Shown: positions 50,865-62,745, counted from the whole stretch's first letter. The stretch is 63,393 nucleotides of DNA, filler included, from Octopus bimaculoides (GCF_001194135.2; 4 parts of 4 records of this genome joined end to end with filler, not necessarily neighbours in it), one strand, 5' to 3'. Made by a program: numbers and translations. Notes: generated by a model from the sequence alone, not told the origin.

Positions 50865-51360
50865 TTTCAAATTTTGGCACAAAGCCAGCAATTTCAGGGA
50901 GGGGGTAAGTTGATTAAATCAAGTCCAATGTTCAACTGGTACTTATTTTATTGACTTTGTGCCGCTGGACTGGCTCCTGTGCAGGTGGCACATAAAAAGC
51001 ACCATTTGAGCGTGGCCAATGCCAGTACCGCCTGACTGACTCTTGTGCTGGTGGCACGTAAAAGCAGCCACTACAATCTCAGAGTGGTTGGCATTAGGAA
51101 GGGCATCCAGTTGTAGAAACTTTGCCAGATCAGATTGGAGGCTGGTGCAGCCTTCTGGTTTGCCGGCCCTCAGTCAAACCATCCAAATCATGCCAGCATG
51201 GAAAGCGCATGTTAAAAAATGATGATGATGATGAAGGAAGGAAGGAATAAAAATCAAAAATCAATCTCAGTGGAATTTGAACTCAGAATATTAAGACAGA
51301 CAAAATGCCTCTAAGCATTTTGCCTGCCAAGCAAATAATTCTGGTTGCTCATCACCTTAA
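50865..51360. mobile_element. Minus-strand tRNA-SINE split by a plus-strand RTE-type tail element (50955-51235)
   Basis: SINE tail at 50865-50955 and head at 51262-51360; the insert ends GCCAGCATGGAAAGC..(GAT)n. Confidence 0.7.
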
Positions 51361-51441
51361 GNNNNNNNNNNNNNNNNNNNNNNNNNNNNNNNNNNNNNNN
51401 NNNNNNNNNNNNNNNNNNNNNNNNNNNNNNNNNNNNNNNNN

Positions 51442-51745
51442 ATGCACCCTTTCAAAGCCTAGCCAGGCTCATGGGCCCAGTTTCCCTGTTTTTATGGCGT
51501 ATGTGCTCCCTGCACCTGGACGGGACACCAGTCCATCACAGCGTTACTCAAAAAACAGGAAGAAAGAGTGAGAGAAAGTTGGGGTGAAAGAGTACAACAG
51601 GGGTCACCACCACCCCCTGCCGGAGCCTCGTGGTGCTTTAGGTGTTTTCGCTCAATAAACACACTCAACGCCCGGTCTGGGAATCGTAACCGAGTCCTCC
51701 GACCGCGAGTCCGCTGCCCTAACCACTGGGCCATTGCGCCTCCAC
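51442..51745 (-). mobile_element. tRNA-SINE (family of 19410-19662)
   Basis: Head GTGGAGGCGCAATGGCCCAGTGGTTAGGGCAGCGGACTCGCGG; tail GGCTAGGCTTTGAAAGGGTGCAT. Confidence 0.85.
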
Positions 51746-52012
51746 ACCGTAAGGCATACATTCATTTAGTATTTGTTTATAGCATGCTATTTAGAATAAA
51801 CACGAATTGAAAGTTTTGTCTATGAACACTGCATAACATCAAAGGTGAGGCATGAAGCATTTGTCTCTAACTCAGATTTCTGAGAATCTATTGACTCAAG
51901 CAGCTAAGACTGTTAGTGTCTTATAACGTCAACATTTACAATACTTTAATAGCAACATTGATAACATCAGGTTTAATTAGGATGCAAAAACATTCTTTAT
52001 AAAAGAACTTAC

Positions 52013-52102
52013 CTGTAAACTGTCACCAGCCACAAAGATTTGAGATATTAATGGACATAATAAGTAAATATTTTCAATCTTTTCAGGTGCAATATACTCG
52101 CC
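52013..52102 (-). CDS. ACSL: ACSL exon (90 nt, phase 0-0)
   Basis: ttctgttattctAG / GTAAGT; [30 protein letters not shown]. Confidence 0.95.
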
Positions 52103-52349
52103 CTAGAATAACAGAAATTGTAAAACAAATATCAATAGTTTATCATAATTTATTTTTTAAAATATTTAAATCAAAACAGCCACCTGTGTATCATACTTAA
52201 TGTATATATACTGTTGATAGGTAAGTTACTGTGGTATTTCTTCAGAGATAACATTTCTCATGGATGTGCAGTATTTAAAATGGTTATCTTTGGGTGAATG
52301 CTACATGTAAATGTGCAGTTCTTTATATGTTAATTAAATTTGAACCTAC

Positions 52350-52403
52350 CTGTGAAAGTTTAAATATGTTCTTTTTGCGGTCAATGATTTTCAGTGTTCC
52401 ATT
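52350..52403 (-). CDS. ACSL: ACSL exon (54 nt, phase 0-0)
   Basis: tttttactttctAG / GTAGGT; NGTLKIIDRKKNIFKLSQ. Confidence 0.95.
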
Positions 52404-52545
52404 CTAGAAAGTAAAAATACAGAGTTAGTAATTCGAATCTATAGCTTTTATCCTTTATCTTTAACTTGTTTATTATGCTATCTGCAGGAAGGATTGTCCT
52501 GATGTATACATCAGAAGCATGTCAGAACCAACAGGTATTCCATAC

Positions 52546-52588
<43 letters not shown>

Positions 52589-53283
52589 NNNNNNNNNNNN
52601 NNNNNNNNNNNNNNNNNNNNNNNNNNNNNNNNNNNNNNNNNNNNNNNNNNNNNNNNNNNNNNNNNNNNNNNNNNNNNNNNNNNNNNNNNNNNNNNNNNNN
52701 NNNNNNNNNNNNNNNNNNNNNNNNNNNNNNNNNNNNNNNNNNNNNNNNNNNNNNNNNNNNNNNNNNNNNNNNNNNNNNNNNNNNNNNNNNNNNNNNNNNN
52801 NNNNNNNNNNNNNNNNNNNNNNNNNNNNNNNNNNNNNNNNNNNNNNNNNNNNNNNNNNNNNNNNNNNNNNNNNNNNNNNNNNTATATATGTATATATATA
52901 TATATTATATAATATTATCTGAGCAGGAACTTCATAACAGTAAGTATATATACACACGCACGCACACACACACACACACACTCACACACACACACACACA
53001 CACTCATGCACATTCATACACACAACACACAAATACACATACATGCATATATTCATTCTTTCATACATACATACATACATACATACATATGCATATGTGT
53101 GTGTGCTTGTATATACAAATAATTCTTTGAACATCAAACAATATAAAATTGTACACGTGCACACACACACACACACACACGCACACACACACGTACACAC
53201 GCACACACACACACACATACATACATGCATACATACACCTTTTTTTCATTGAGTGAATAATTCAGGAATCTGGAATCACTTAC

Positions 53284-53400
53284 GGGTAAAAACATGCCAA
53301 TATCTTGTGTATGAAGCCAGCCGTCACTGTCGAATATTTCTGCTGTTTTCTCTGGAAGCTTGAAATATCCGCCTGTCACATTCATTCCTTTCACACAAAT
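53284..53400 (-). CDS. ACSL: ACSL exon (117 nt, phase 0-0) with FACS signature
   Basis: tacttttcAG / GTAAGT; [39 protein letters not shown]. Confidence 0.95.
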
Positions 53401-53543
53401 CTGAAAAGTAATAAACACATATTTTTATTTTCCGCCTCATTGCTTCTCTCTTATCGTTCAACCTTTGCTGACTCTCCATCTGTCTGTTAATAAATAACAA
53501 CACGTATACAGGTGCATCTATGTTTTGTCAGGTTATGAAATCA

Positions 53544-53892
53544 CTTTTACTCTTACTCGTTTCAGTCATTTGACTGCGGCCATGCTGGAGCACCGCCTTT
53601 AGTCGAGCAAAACGACCCTAGGACTTATTCTTTGGAAGCCTAGTACTTATTCTATCGGTCTCTTTTTGCCGAACCGATGTTGGGGGGACAAACACAGACA
53701 CACAAACACACACACACACACACATATATATACATATATACGACAAGCTTCTTTCAGTTTCCGTCTACCAAATCCACTCACAAGGCTTTGGTCGGCCCGA
53801 GGCTATAGTAGAAGACACTTGCCCAAAGTGCCACGCAGTGGGAATGAACCCGGAACCATGTGGTTGGTAAGCAAGCTACTTACCCCACAGCC
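53544..53892 (-). mobile_element. tRNA-SINE with (CA)n middle, near full length
   Basis: TCAGTCATTTGACTGCGGCCATGCTGGAGCACCGCC..CTACCAAATCCACTCACAAGG..GGAACCATGTGGTTGGTAAGCAAGCTACTTACC. Confidence 0.9.
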
Positions 53893-53899
53893 GATAATA

Positions 53900-54480
53900 T
53901 ACAGGGTGTTTCAAAAAATTTGATATCATTTGAGATGTAAATATCACAGAAACTACATGGTCAAAGCAAAATGAAACTAAACAGGCTTTATGTTGAACAG
54001 CATAAGATTTATTCCTCCAAATTTGAATGAGAAATTCAAAGGTAGGCAGATTCCATGAACGATTTCACAAATATTCACTATGTGCATGGCCTGAGATATG
54101 GCACACGTCAAATCGGTAGTCCAGCTCCTCCTGAACAAGCTGCAGCATGTCTTGGGTAACAGTCTCCAGTGCGGAAGTGATTCTCAGCTCGAGTTCCTCT
54201 AGGTTTGCAGGAAGAGTGAGGACGTAGACCAGGCCCTTCACATAGTCCCTTGTTTGTGCTTTCACTTGTTATCTGCCCTTTATGGCTTCAATGAGCTGCA
54301 GCTTGTAGGGTTTTGTTAGCAAGCGTTTCCTCAGCATGTGCCAAACTGTCATTGGAGGAATCTGAGTTTCCAGCGTTGTTCTTCTCATGGACTTCTTGGG
54401 GCTTCACATGACTTTTTGGCAAAACCCACTCGACTGTCTCTTCATATGTTAGTTGTCATCTAGATCATTTTGCCTTGCAT
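53900..54480 (-). mobile_element. Internally deleted Tc1/mariner (maT-like) transposon
   Basis: TA-CAGGGTG end. C-terminus DYVKGLVY..NLEELELRITSALETVTQDML..ELDYRFDVC fused to N-terminal SPKKSMRR..TVWHMLRKRL..KPYKLQL. Confidence 0.85.
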
Positions 54481-54602
54481 AAAGTTACAAAGTTACAAAG
54501 TGAGCCTCTTAACCACATAGCCATGGGGGAAAAAAAAGAAAAGAAAAGAAAGCAAATGTAAAATAAAAAGTAAAAAAAAAAACGAAACAAAAAACTACTG
54601 AC

Positions 54603-54691
54603 CTCTCCTTTTCCATCGGCTTGGAAATATCCAGCTTCCGGAACATCAACCAGTTTAACATAATTATTAGGGGCTGGAGGGCCAACATGAC
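54603..54691 (-). CDS. ACSL: ACSL exon (89 nt, phase 1-0), most 5' exon found
   Basis: tactttttacttgaaaAG / GTCAGT; (G)HVGPPAPNNYVKLVDVPEAGYFQADGKGE. Confidence 0.9.
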
Positions 54692-55150
54692 CTTTTCAAG
54701 TAAAAAGTATAGAAATACAGTGAGAAACAACATAATTACAATTAACCATTATGTACTCAATTTTACAATATTAGAAACATGCTCCCACTGTTTTAAGGGG
54801 CTAACATAATGCCTTTTAAAAGTTTTCACATTGGTAACATACTTTGTGAAAGTATAATTATTTGTGATGCTTAACGTCTTTTTTAGCAATTAAATACCAT
54901 ATCATATGTCACTAGACGTGTGTCTAATTGTATCCAGAGTTCATGAGATATCAAATATACCATGCCTGATGGCATATAGATGCACATTTCTTTTTCAAAT
55001 AAAACCAACCTGTGTCCTATACTTAAAGGTGCTCTAAATATTACATATTACAAACTTTTTCTCATAAGCATGTGGTGCTGAAACTGGGGTGTGTCGATAA
55101 TAATGATAATTTACATTATCAAATAGAGTATATATATATATATATATATG

Positions 55151-55446
55151 AGCGAGATCGTTGTCAGTGCCACTGGATTGGCTCCTGTGCAAGTGGCACA
55201 TAAAATACACCATTTTGAGCATGGCCTTTGCCAGTACCGCCTGACTGGCCCTCGTGCCGGTGGCACGTAAAAGCACCCACTACACTCTCGGAGTGGTTGG
55301 CGTTAGGAAGGGCATCCAGCTGTAGAAACTCTGCCAAATCAGATTGGAGCCTGGTGTAGCCATCCGGTTTCACCAGCCCTCAGTCAAATCGTCCAACCCA
55401 TGCTAGCATGGAAAGCGGACGTTAAACGATGATGATGATGATGATT
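55151..55446 (+). mobile_element. RTE-type 3'-end repeat, young copy, (GAT)n tail
   Basis: GGCGTTAGGAAGGGCATCCAGCTGTAGAAACTCTGCC..CCATGCTAGCATGGAAAGCGGACGTTAAAC(GAT)n. Confidence 0.85.
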
Positions 55447-55581
55447 ATATATATATATATATATATATAAATATATATATTNNNNNNNNNNNNNNNNNNN
55501 NNNNNNNNNNNNNNNNNNNNNNNNNTTAATTAATTAANNNNNNNNNNNNNNNNNNNNNNNNNNNNNNNNNNNNNNNNNNNN

Positions 55582-55638
<57 letters not shown>

Positions 55639-56264
55639 GAGAAGTCAAGAAAGCGAACAGTGTTCATGTGGTATTATGTCCGCGTGCAGGATCAAGCTTA
55701 GACGATCGGAAAGAGCTATTGTTGTTGTTGTTGTGAACGGAACACACGCATACACGCACATACATACATACATACACACACACACGTGTGTGCAGACACA
55801 GAGACCAACGTTCTGCTTGTATGCATGTACATCGTTGAACCCCACAACAGGGTCACCTGTGCGGCAAGAAAACAAAGCAGCCCCGGAATGAGGTAATTAA
55901 ACTATCAATTAACGAATTGATTGGCTGCCGTGAGTGTGCGGAGGAGAGGAAGAATGGTGAGCTTTCTTTTTGTTATTTTTAAGGAAAGTCGAGCTACTCG
56001 ACTATATATACATTTGGCATAATTATGTTAGTTTAGAGACACAGAAACATGCCTGTACACTGTAGAAGCATGTCTACACGCGCCCGCGCGCATTCACTTT
56101 CCCTTTTAACCTTAGACTAGATTCAGTCACTGGACTGCAATAATGCTGGAGCACCACAAAGTTGAAGGAGTTTCAGCCGTTAATGTGCTCCTAAGTAACA
56201 TATTTTCATCGTTATTTATGGAATAAAGATTAAAAGACGCAACTCTAGATGGAGGTGCGCGCAG

Positions 56265-56520
56265 AGAGAGTGAGGGAGGTGGTGACGGACAGGGCATGTC
56301 CTCTATTCTCTGTCTCCGGCCGGGATCACACAGACACGCACACACAGAGGCTGAGGGAGGTGGTGGCGGAGAGAGTATGTCCTCTTGTCTTTGTCGCCGG
56401 ATACATACACACACACACACAAAGCTGAGATATGAGGAGGAAGCGTGGGGAGCAAATACTTGTGCTTTCTGTCTCCGGACACAGGCGCACACATATACAC
56501 AACAGCTGAGGGAAAGACTC
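56265..56520. repeat. Degenerate ~75-85-bp tandem repeat (3-4 units)
   Basis: CTGAGGGAGGTGGTG..TGTCCTC..TCTGTCTCCGG..(CA)n recurs. Confidence 0.7.
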
Positions 56521-57579
56521 CAGACATCGAGTACCAAAATAATAAAAATGTTCAACAATAAGCCTAAGGTAATACAGTGGTATGAGTGTGACTAAATCGC
56601 CTAACTATTTAACTGGTACGACATTATTCAATTCAGCTGAGCCGGATAATAATATCCTTAATATTTGAAAGAGAACTGGATTGTCTTAGCTAGAATATGT
56701 TTATTAATTGATCTGCTTGGCCTGGAGGCTTAATAGCAACAAGAAGTGGTACTTTATTTTGTCGACCTCGGAAGGGTGAAAGACAAAAAAACAGAAGGAA
56801 AAAAAAACGACCGGATATGAATTCAACTGTAATGAAAAGGTCATAGACGATTACCTGAAGGCAATCTATCTACGGTGTGTTACAGATTCGCCGGCAATGG
56901 ATATTACATTACTGTAATAGCAATCTGAAACATTGTTTTATGAACGGAGACATGTTTGTCCACCGTCTTATAATGGATCCAGTAGGTCAGCTCCTCACTC
57001 ACTCCCCTTTGTAACAACAGAAACAGACACGAGACATTACGCACACAAATACACACAATTAGTCCGAAGAAATCCGTTGAAATCCTAGATTTAGACATTT
57101 AGGATCAGAAGGGGTTCACAAAGCCAACTAGCTGTTGTTATACATCGTTTCCATATACAGCAGATTTGGTCGAAAGCTAAGCCTGTCTTTCTTTCCATTT
57201 TCTTTACTACTTAGGTAACATAAAAGTTACGTTCCTCTACCTGCAAAGTCGTAACAGAACATGCACAGCTTAACGTTAAATTGGTCAACAAAGTTTCTAA
57301 GCAGTTGAACCTCATGTACTGGAACTTGAATATATATACAAACATTGTATACATAACAGGCCATGAATATACATCGCTACCCGTTCATTAAATGATAGAT
57401 TCATTTCGCAAAGGTCTCTAATGGGGACTTGAGAATCTACATATAACAGACAAAAATCATGTTAATTTAACGAGAGTTTTTAGTATGGTGTGGCTTATCA
57501 TAAAAAAAAGGTTAATTAGGCCGTCCTTTTTTTTTGGCGGTAATTGCTGCAACAGTCTGTCATGCTTAAGCGTTCAAGA

Positions 57580-57745
57580 GAACTTTGAAGATGTGGCATT
57601 TTACTTTCAACAAGATGGGACACCCTACACTAACACAATAATGTGATTGCCGACCCTGAGATTTTGTCAAACAGGTGGATTGGACGAAAAGGTACACTGC
57701 CTTCACTGGACCTCACATCACGAGACATTTTTCATGGGGATATTT
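57580..57745 (+). mobile_element. Tc1/mariner transposase remnant
   Basis: FYFQQDGTP, NRWIGRKG, SLDLTSRDIF..G. Confidence 0.65.
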
Positions 57746-58252
57746 ATCAGGCAAAATGTATAGTACTATCAGTGTGTTTGTGTGTGTGTGTGGAGAGAGA
57801 GAGACATCTCTCTCCACACACACACACACACATATATTTATATAAATAAGGATAAGATCGATATTTAAAATATTGATCTTATCAAGTGATCAGCATGGGA
57901 ACAAAAACCATCAAAGGTAATAATTATTTAAAATTATAATACAGGGTATCAAGAGATACCACCACGCTGAAAAAATANNNNNNNNNNNNNNNNNNNNNNN
58001 NNNNNNNNNNNNNNNNNNNNNNNNNNNNNNNNNNNNNNNNNNNNNNNNNNNNNNNNNNNNNNNNNNNNNNNNNNNNNNNNNNNNNNNNNNNNNNNNNNNN
58101 NNNNNNNNNNNNNNNNNNNNNNNNNNNNNNNNNNNNNNNNNNNNNNNNNNNNNNNNNNNNNNNNNNNNNNNNNNNNNNNNNNNNNNNNNNNNNNNNNNNN
58201 NNNNNNNNNNNNNNNNNNNNNNNNNNNNNNNNNNNNNNNNNNNNNNNNNNNN

Positions 58253-58289
<37 letters not shown>

Positions 58290-59083
58290 TATGAAGAGAG
58301 AAAGAGATGGGTGGAGGGAAAGATAAAAGGTACCAAACTAATCAAATCGAAAACTTCATCTAAATGGCATTTCTAAACTTCTTTTGTTGGACATCTCTTG
58401 GACTTAGAAGAGGTAAGAATACTGGAAACAGCCAGTAGTCAGTTATAGGAAGAGAGGAAAATTATATGCATAACGTAGAGTGACGAGTGATGACGGTAAG
58501 AGAGAATAGAGAGGAGCGAAAATGTTTAATCTAGTACCAAAGTAAATGGGAGTGAGAAAGGGAGCGGAAAAGGGAAATAATGAGGGGAAGGATATGGTAA
58601 CTACGGTACTAAGTATAGTAGTGGTGGGAGGGAGAAGAGCAGAGCTAAGTAGAAAGCGAGAAGAGAGGTAAATGAATTGAATATAACTGTAAGAAGGAGA
58701 GAGGGGGGAATCGAAAGAAGGGAATAAAACGATGGAAATAAATCCAATTGGGCGACGAAAGGGGATCGGTATATAATCTTAGTGTGGTACAAGAGATTGG
58801 AGTGAGAAAGGCTGGATGAAGTACCTCGGTAGACAGGTAGCTGGTTAGACTAACAAGTAACTAAATAAGCAAACCAGTATGTATATAATCAAGTAGTTGC
58901 GTAGACACACAGGGAGATATGTAGAAAGACAGGTAAAGAAGTACAACTCCACGCCAGGTGTACGTTTCGGTCTATTTGTAAATTCAAACGTGTGCGCGTG
59001 CACACACACACCCACCCGCGAGCTCATGTGCAAAACAAGGTAGATAAACGATAGTACTCGAATACCAAAGGTAGAGTGAAATA

Positions 59084-59325
59084 CAGTTAACCACTACGCC
59101 ATATGCCGACGGGCATATGGCATAGTGGTTAAGAGCGTGGGCTACTAACCCCCCGTGACCTGAATAACAACGACAACAACAACAACATCGAAAAATAACT
59201 TAGGAATGAGAACCCAGGTTCGAAATTTTCCCAAGACACCTGATGAAGGCTGGAGGGTATATCAGCCGAAACGTTGTGTTAACAACAAACAAGATGAGGA
59301 CAAATATCCGTCAAATGTAAATAAT
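59084..59325 (+). mobile_element. tRNA-Ser-headed SINE carrying a hammerhead near its 3' end, with 5' inverted hairpin and 13-bp TSD
   Basis: TSD GTAGAGTGAAATA at 59071-59083 and 59326-59338. A-box TGGCATAGTGG, anticodon-like loop CTACTAA, B-box-like GGTTCGAAAT (59217), HHR at 59235-59280. Confidence 0.8.
59235..59280 (+). ncRNA. Minimal type I hammerhead ribozyme with palindromic stem III
   Basis: GACAC-CTGATGA-A-GGCTG-GAGGGTATAT-CAGCC-GAAAC-GTT-GTGTT: 5-bp stem I, perfect 5-bp stem II, AACGUU palindrome, GUU triplet. Confidence 0.75.
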
Positions 59326-59424
59326 GTAGAGTGAAATAGTTTTGTATTGAAGCCAAAAAGACTTTACAAACTGTTACTCAGAGTTTCGCGTAATCAATCA
59401 TCAGGCTGCTGTGAGTATTTGATA

Positions 59425-60010
59425 CTAAAAAGTCCGCTAGTAAACGGGATCTGGGTATAATTGTAAACAACGATCTGCGTTGGACAAACCACATATCTAA
59501 GATTGTCAAGAAGGCTGGGGGTGTCCTAGCATCACTTAGTAAGACTCTTGTCAGCTGCTTTCCAGCCATCTATTTAAAACTGTATATGACAATGGTACGT
59601 CCACATTTAGAGTTTGCATCTCCAGTCTGGAAACCCTATCTTGCTCAGCATATAAATCTCTTGGAAACTGTTCGGAAACGTGCAACAAAACGAATACCCG
59701 CCGTCGGGTATCTACTCTGAATGTCTTGCTTCCATGGGCATGGATGGCATGGACACATAAAAGCTCAGACGTCTGGCAATTGACTTGGTAGACACCCACC
59801 ATCTTTCCAACAACAATCTTGGGCACCTTTTTGAATTCCATGTCAGACACTCGTTGGACATGCTTACAAAATCAAAAAACAACACAGCACCCCTTGACTT
59901 TCGGAAACATTTTTTCACGCTCAGAACTGTTGAAGAATGGAATAAACTACTTTCATCAGTCGTTACCTGTCGAGACACTACATCCTTCAGAACTTCGATG
60001 CTTCCTGAAA
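59425..60010 (+). mobile_element. CR1-clade LINE 3' fragment
   Basis: KRDLGIIVNNDLRWTNHISKIVKKA..LYMTMVRPHLEFASPVWKPY..LLETVRKRATK and HFFTLRTVEEWNKL. Confidence 0.9.
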
Positions 60011-60187
60011 TCCGTCAACAGTACACCTGGTGGCTTTGTTTTTATCTTGGTTGTGGTGCACCTGAGCACTGTTATATAACAATTTCTTTAATATTATATA
60101 TAATGATCCTTCGGTAGTGGTACATAGAGGTGTCGGTATGAGGAGACGACGTCATTCACTCTTTCTACAACCTAGCCTCTTTATGTT

Positions 60188-60226
<39 letters not shown>

Positions 60227-61579
60227 TGATTAGGACTAGTGTCAAGCTATTAGCAGTGAAATACAAAAAGACAGTGGTATGGATGATCAAGGATAATTTC
60301 CAGAAAACAAAGACAAACAGTGGAGATGCGGGGAGTCCCAACGACAGCGGTATTCGCTCTGTTCCCTATCGATTTACGACTGGAAACCCCAGAAAAGGGA
60401 AAACCAGAGGAAAAAAAAGCTAACATGTACGCACGCCGGCTCGTGTGTGTGTATGTTCTTTGTAAGTATTTATCTGTTCGTGGTCGCATGAGAACATGTG
60501 CCTTTGCGAGTAGACAGATGTGTATATATATATATGTATATGTATGTATGCGAGGCGTGTGTCTGCATATATGCTTTTGTGTGCGTATGTGTGTGCCAAC
60601 AGCATGGATGAGGGTTGTGGTCTTGTGATCCAGTGTGTGTGAATGAGAAAGAGAGAGAGACTGTGCACGTGTGTGGCTGTGCACTCAAGGATCTGCATGT
60701 ATATGCGTATGGTGTGGTGTGTAAGGTGCTTGCGAAACCGCGGCTAGCCGCATGCAAATTACGCGCGAGTGCCAACAACGTAGACGCACAACCACAAACA
60801 AGCGAAAAAGCGGACGACAAGGAAGAAAGGAAAATCATAAGAAAAAAAAACAACCTAAATAAAGCATTACCAGGGGGGAGGGTAAAAGAAAAGCGACACA
60901 AAGCTAAACAACTACAAAAAGCGAAGGAAAGAAAGTCACCAAGAGTGGCCAATCTCACCGCATAACACTTCCATACGTAACTTGGGGATAACTCGTATGT
61001 ATTCATTGGTAGTGATGAAAATAGACGGGAATTGAGATAAGGAAAGTTAATTCATTCACCGCAAGCACACACCAATGTTGGGCGACTCTCTTTCTCTCTT
61101 TCACACGCACACTGGACTATTGGTTAATGAAAGCGAATGAATTTATTTTACGCCACCACTGTACTTTCACTTTAAGGCTATACATGTACGTGCAAGAGAA
61201 TTGTTATACAATTTGCTAACACACTGGCCTTCAGTTTTCTGCCTGCATTGGATTTCAACAGTGTATTTCTGAGTATACGAACATGTAAGTATACACACAC
61301 ACACATACCACATGTACATTCATAAGCAGTATATTGCCCTTATAGCATAGTTTTGGCAACAGATTTCAGTTGAAATCCCGCGTTCAAACAGATATTGTAG
61401 AGAGTTTGACAGTCTTGTATGTTAATTGGCAAACTGCCAAATACGTCCCAACCAAAATCATCTATCAATGTATGTGTATATATGTGTATGTATGTATACA
61501 CACACACACACATATACATATACACACACACGCACATACATACATTACATATAGGCTGTATTACTAAGAAGTTCGTTTT

Positions 61580-61870
61580 GCAACCACGTAGTTCCGGGTT
61601 CAATTGCAATGCGCAGAACCTTCAACTACGTCCCCGGATGAGTCTCCCTTGTAAGTGAATTTGTTGAATTTTAACTGCGTGGAAACCCTCGTGTGCGCTT
61701 ATCTCTCACTAGGTGGCGATCGATGCTGGGTTGTTTCTGTCCCCGTAAATTAGCGGTCAAGCAATTGATCGATAGAATAAATACCAGTCTTGAAATAAGT
61801 ACTCGGGTCCATTTAATCGACTAAAAACCCCGGTGGTCCAGCGTAGTTGCAGTCCTGTAACTGAATCAAA
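61580..61870 (+). mobile_element. tRNA-SINE, degenerate (family of 53544-53892)
   Basis: CAACCACGTAGTTCCGGGTTCAAT..GTAAGTGAATTTG..GATAGAATAAATACCAG..GCAGTC..TGACTGAA-like blocks. Confidence 0.6.
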
Positions 61871-61879
61871 TAATACGTG

Positions 61880-61911
<32 letters not shown>

Positions 61912-62176
61912 CACATATACGCACACACACACACACCTTTCTCATTGGTAAGTGCTTTTTCTCCATATGCATAAATGTAAATCGTTTCCCAAATAAGTTG
62001 CACTTCGGATTGAAAGCTCCGATGACGCTATAAGGTGTTACTCAGGCACTCAACTATAAGTCCACCACATCTTATAGCAGAAACAACTCTAAGCTAATGA
62101 AGTTCATAAGATAATCGTTTATTCCTTTGTCATCTCATTCACATACATACATACAGACAGACAGACAAATGATATC

Positions 62177-62302
62177 TTAACTCTTTGAGTCTTGACCTCT
62201 TGAACCTTATTTTACCATATACCTGGCACTCCACCGGTGTAACAGTATAGAGAAAAATAAGCCACCCGCCGGTAAACAGGTGTTATGGGCTCAAAGGGTT
62301 CA
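62177..62302. mobile_element. Possible piggyBac-type MITE
   Basis: TTAACTCTTTGAGTC at the left vs the reverse complement TGAACCCTTTGAGCC at the right. Confidence 0.35.
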
Positions 62303-62344
62303 GGCATGTAAAATAACATGAAAATCACCTAGGTAACCCCACAA

Positions 62345-62745
62345 TGCTGCATGGTTAAGTTCGCTTGATCACCATGTGGTTTCGGGTTCACTCAGAGTTA
62401 CAATACAAAACACTTGAGTAAATGCGTTCAACTATACTTTTGGATCGACCAATGCCTTGTGAATGAATCAAGCTGATAGACGACGGATATTGTGGGAAGC
62501 CCGTCGCACACGTGCGTGTGCACGCGCAGGCTTTTGTATACGTCTACTTTTTCGCCTTCATGCTTCAACCGATGTGCTTTACACCCCCGTAACCTAGCGG
62601 TTCGATGAATAAATAGTCTCTCGCTAAAATAAGCAAGAACCAAAACCAAGTCTTAAGAGAAGGAGAACTGGGTCGATACGATCGGTTAAAACTTTTCATG
62701 AAGGCGGCACTCCACCATGGCCACAGTCTTAACGACTGAAACAGG
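62345..62745 (+). mobile_element. tRNA-SINE, degenerate (family of 53544-53892)
   Basis: TGGTTAAGTTCGCTTG..CCATGTGGTTTCGGGTTCA..GGAAGCCCGTCG..AACCTAGCGGTTCG..CATGGCCACAGTC..ACTGAAAC. Confidence 0.6.

Noticed and set aside
51660-51745. tRNA-like sequences (also 19580-19662, 59112-59150 and others) as real tRNA genes
   Set aside because: Acceptor stems are not closed and each continues into a SINE body.
55860-56100. CCAAT box, donor-like GTGAGC and CpG-rich patch as a plus-strand promoter/first exon
   Set aside because: Only short motifs, and no downstream plus-strand exons were found.
59368-59410. Minus-strand CTGATGA...GAAAC-TCTGA-GTA hammerhead core
   Set aside because: Stem I does not pair and stem II is poor; it appears to be a junction between a truncated repeat and the CR1 fragment.
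62215-62330. Minus-strand ...LYCYTGGVP|GT as a possible upstream ACSL P-loop exon
   Set aside because: Does not match TSGTTGxPKG, has a weak acceptor, and is better explained by a MITE.
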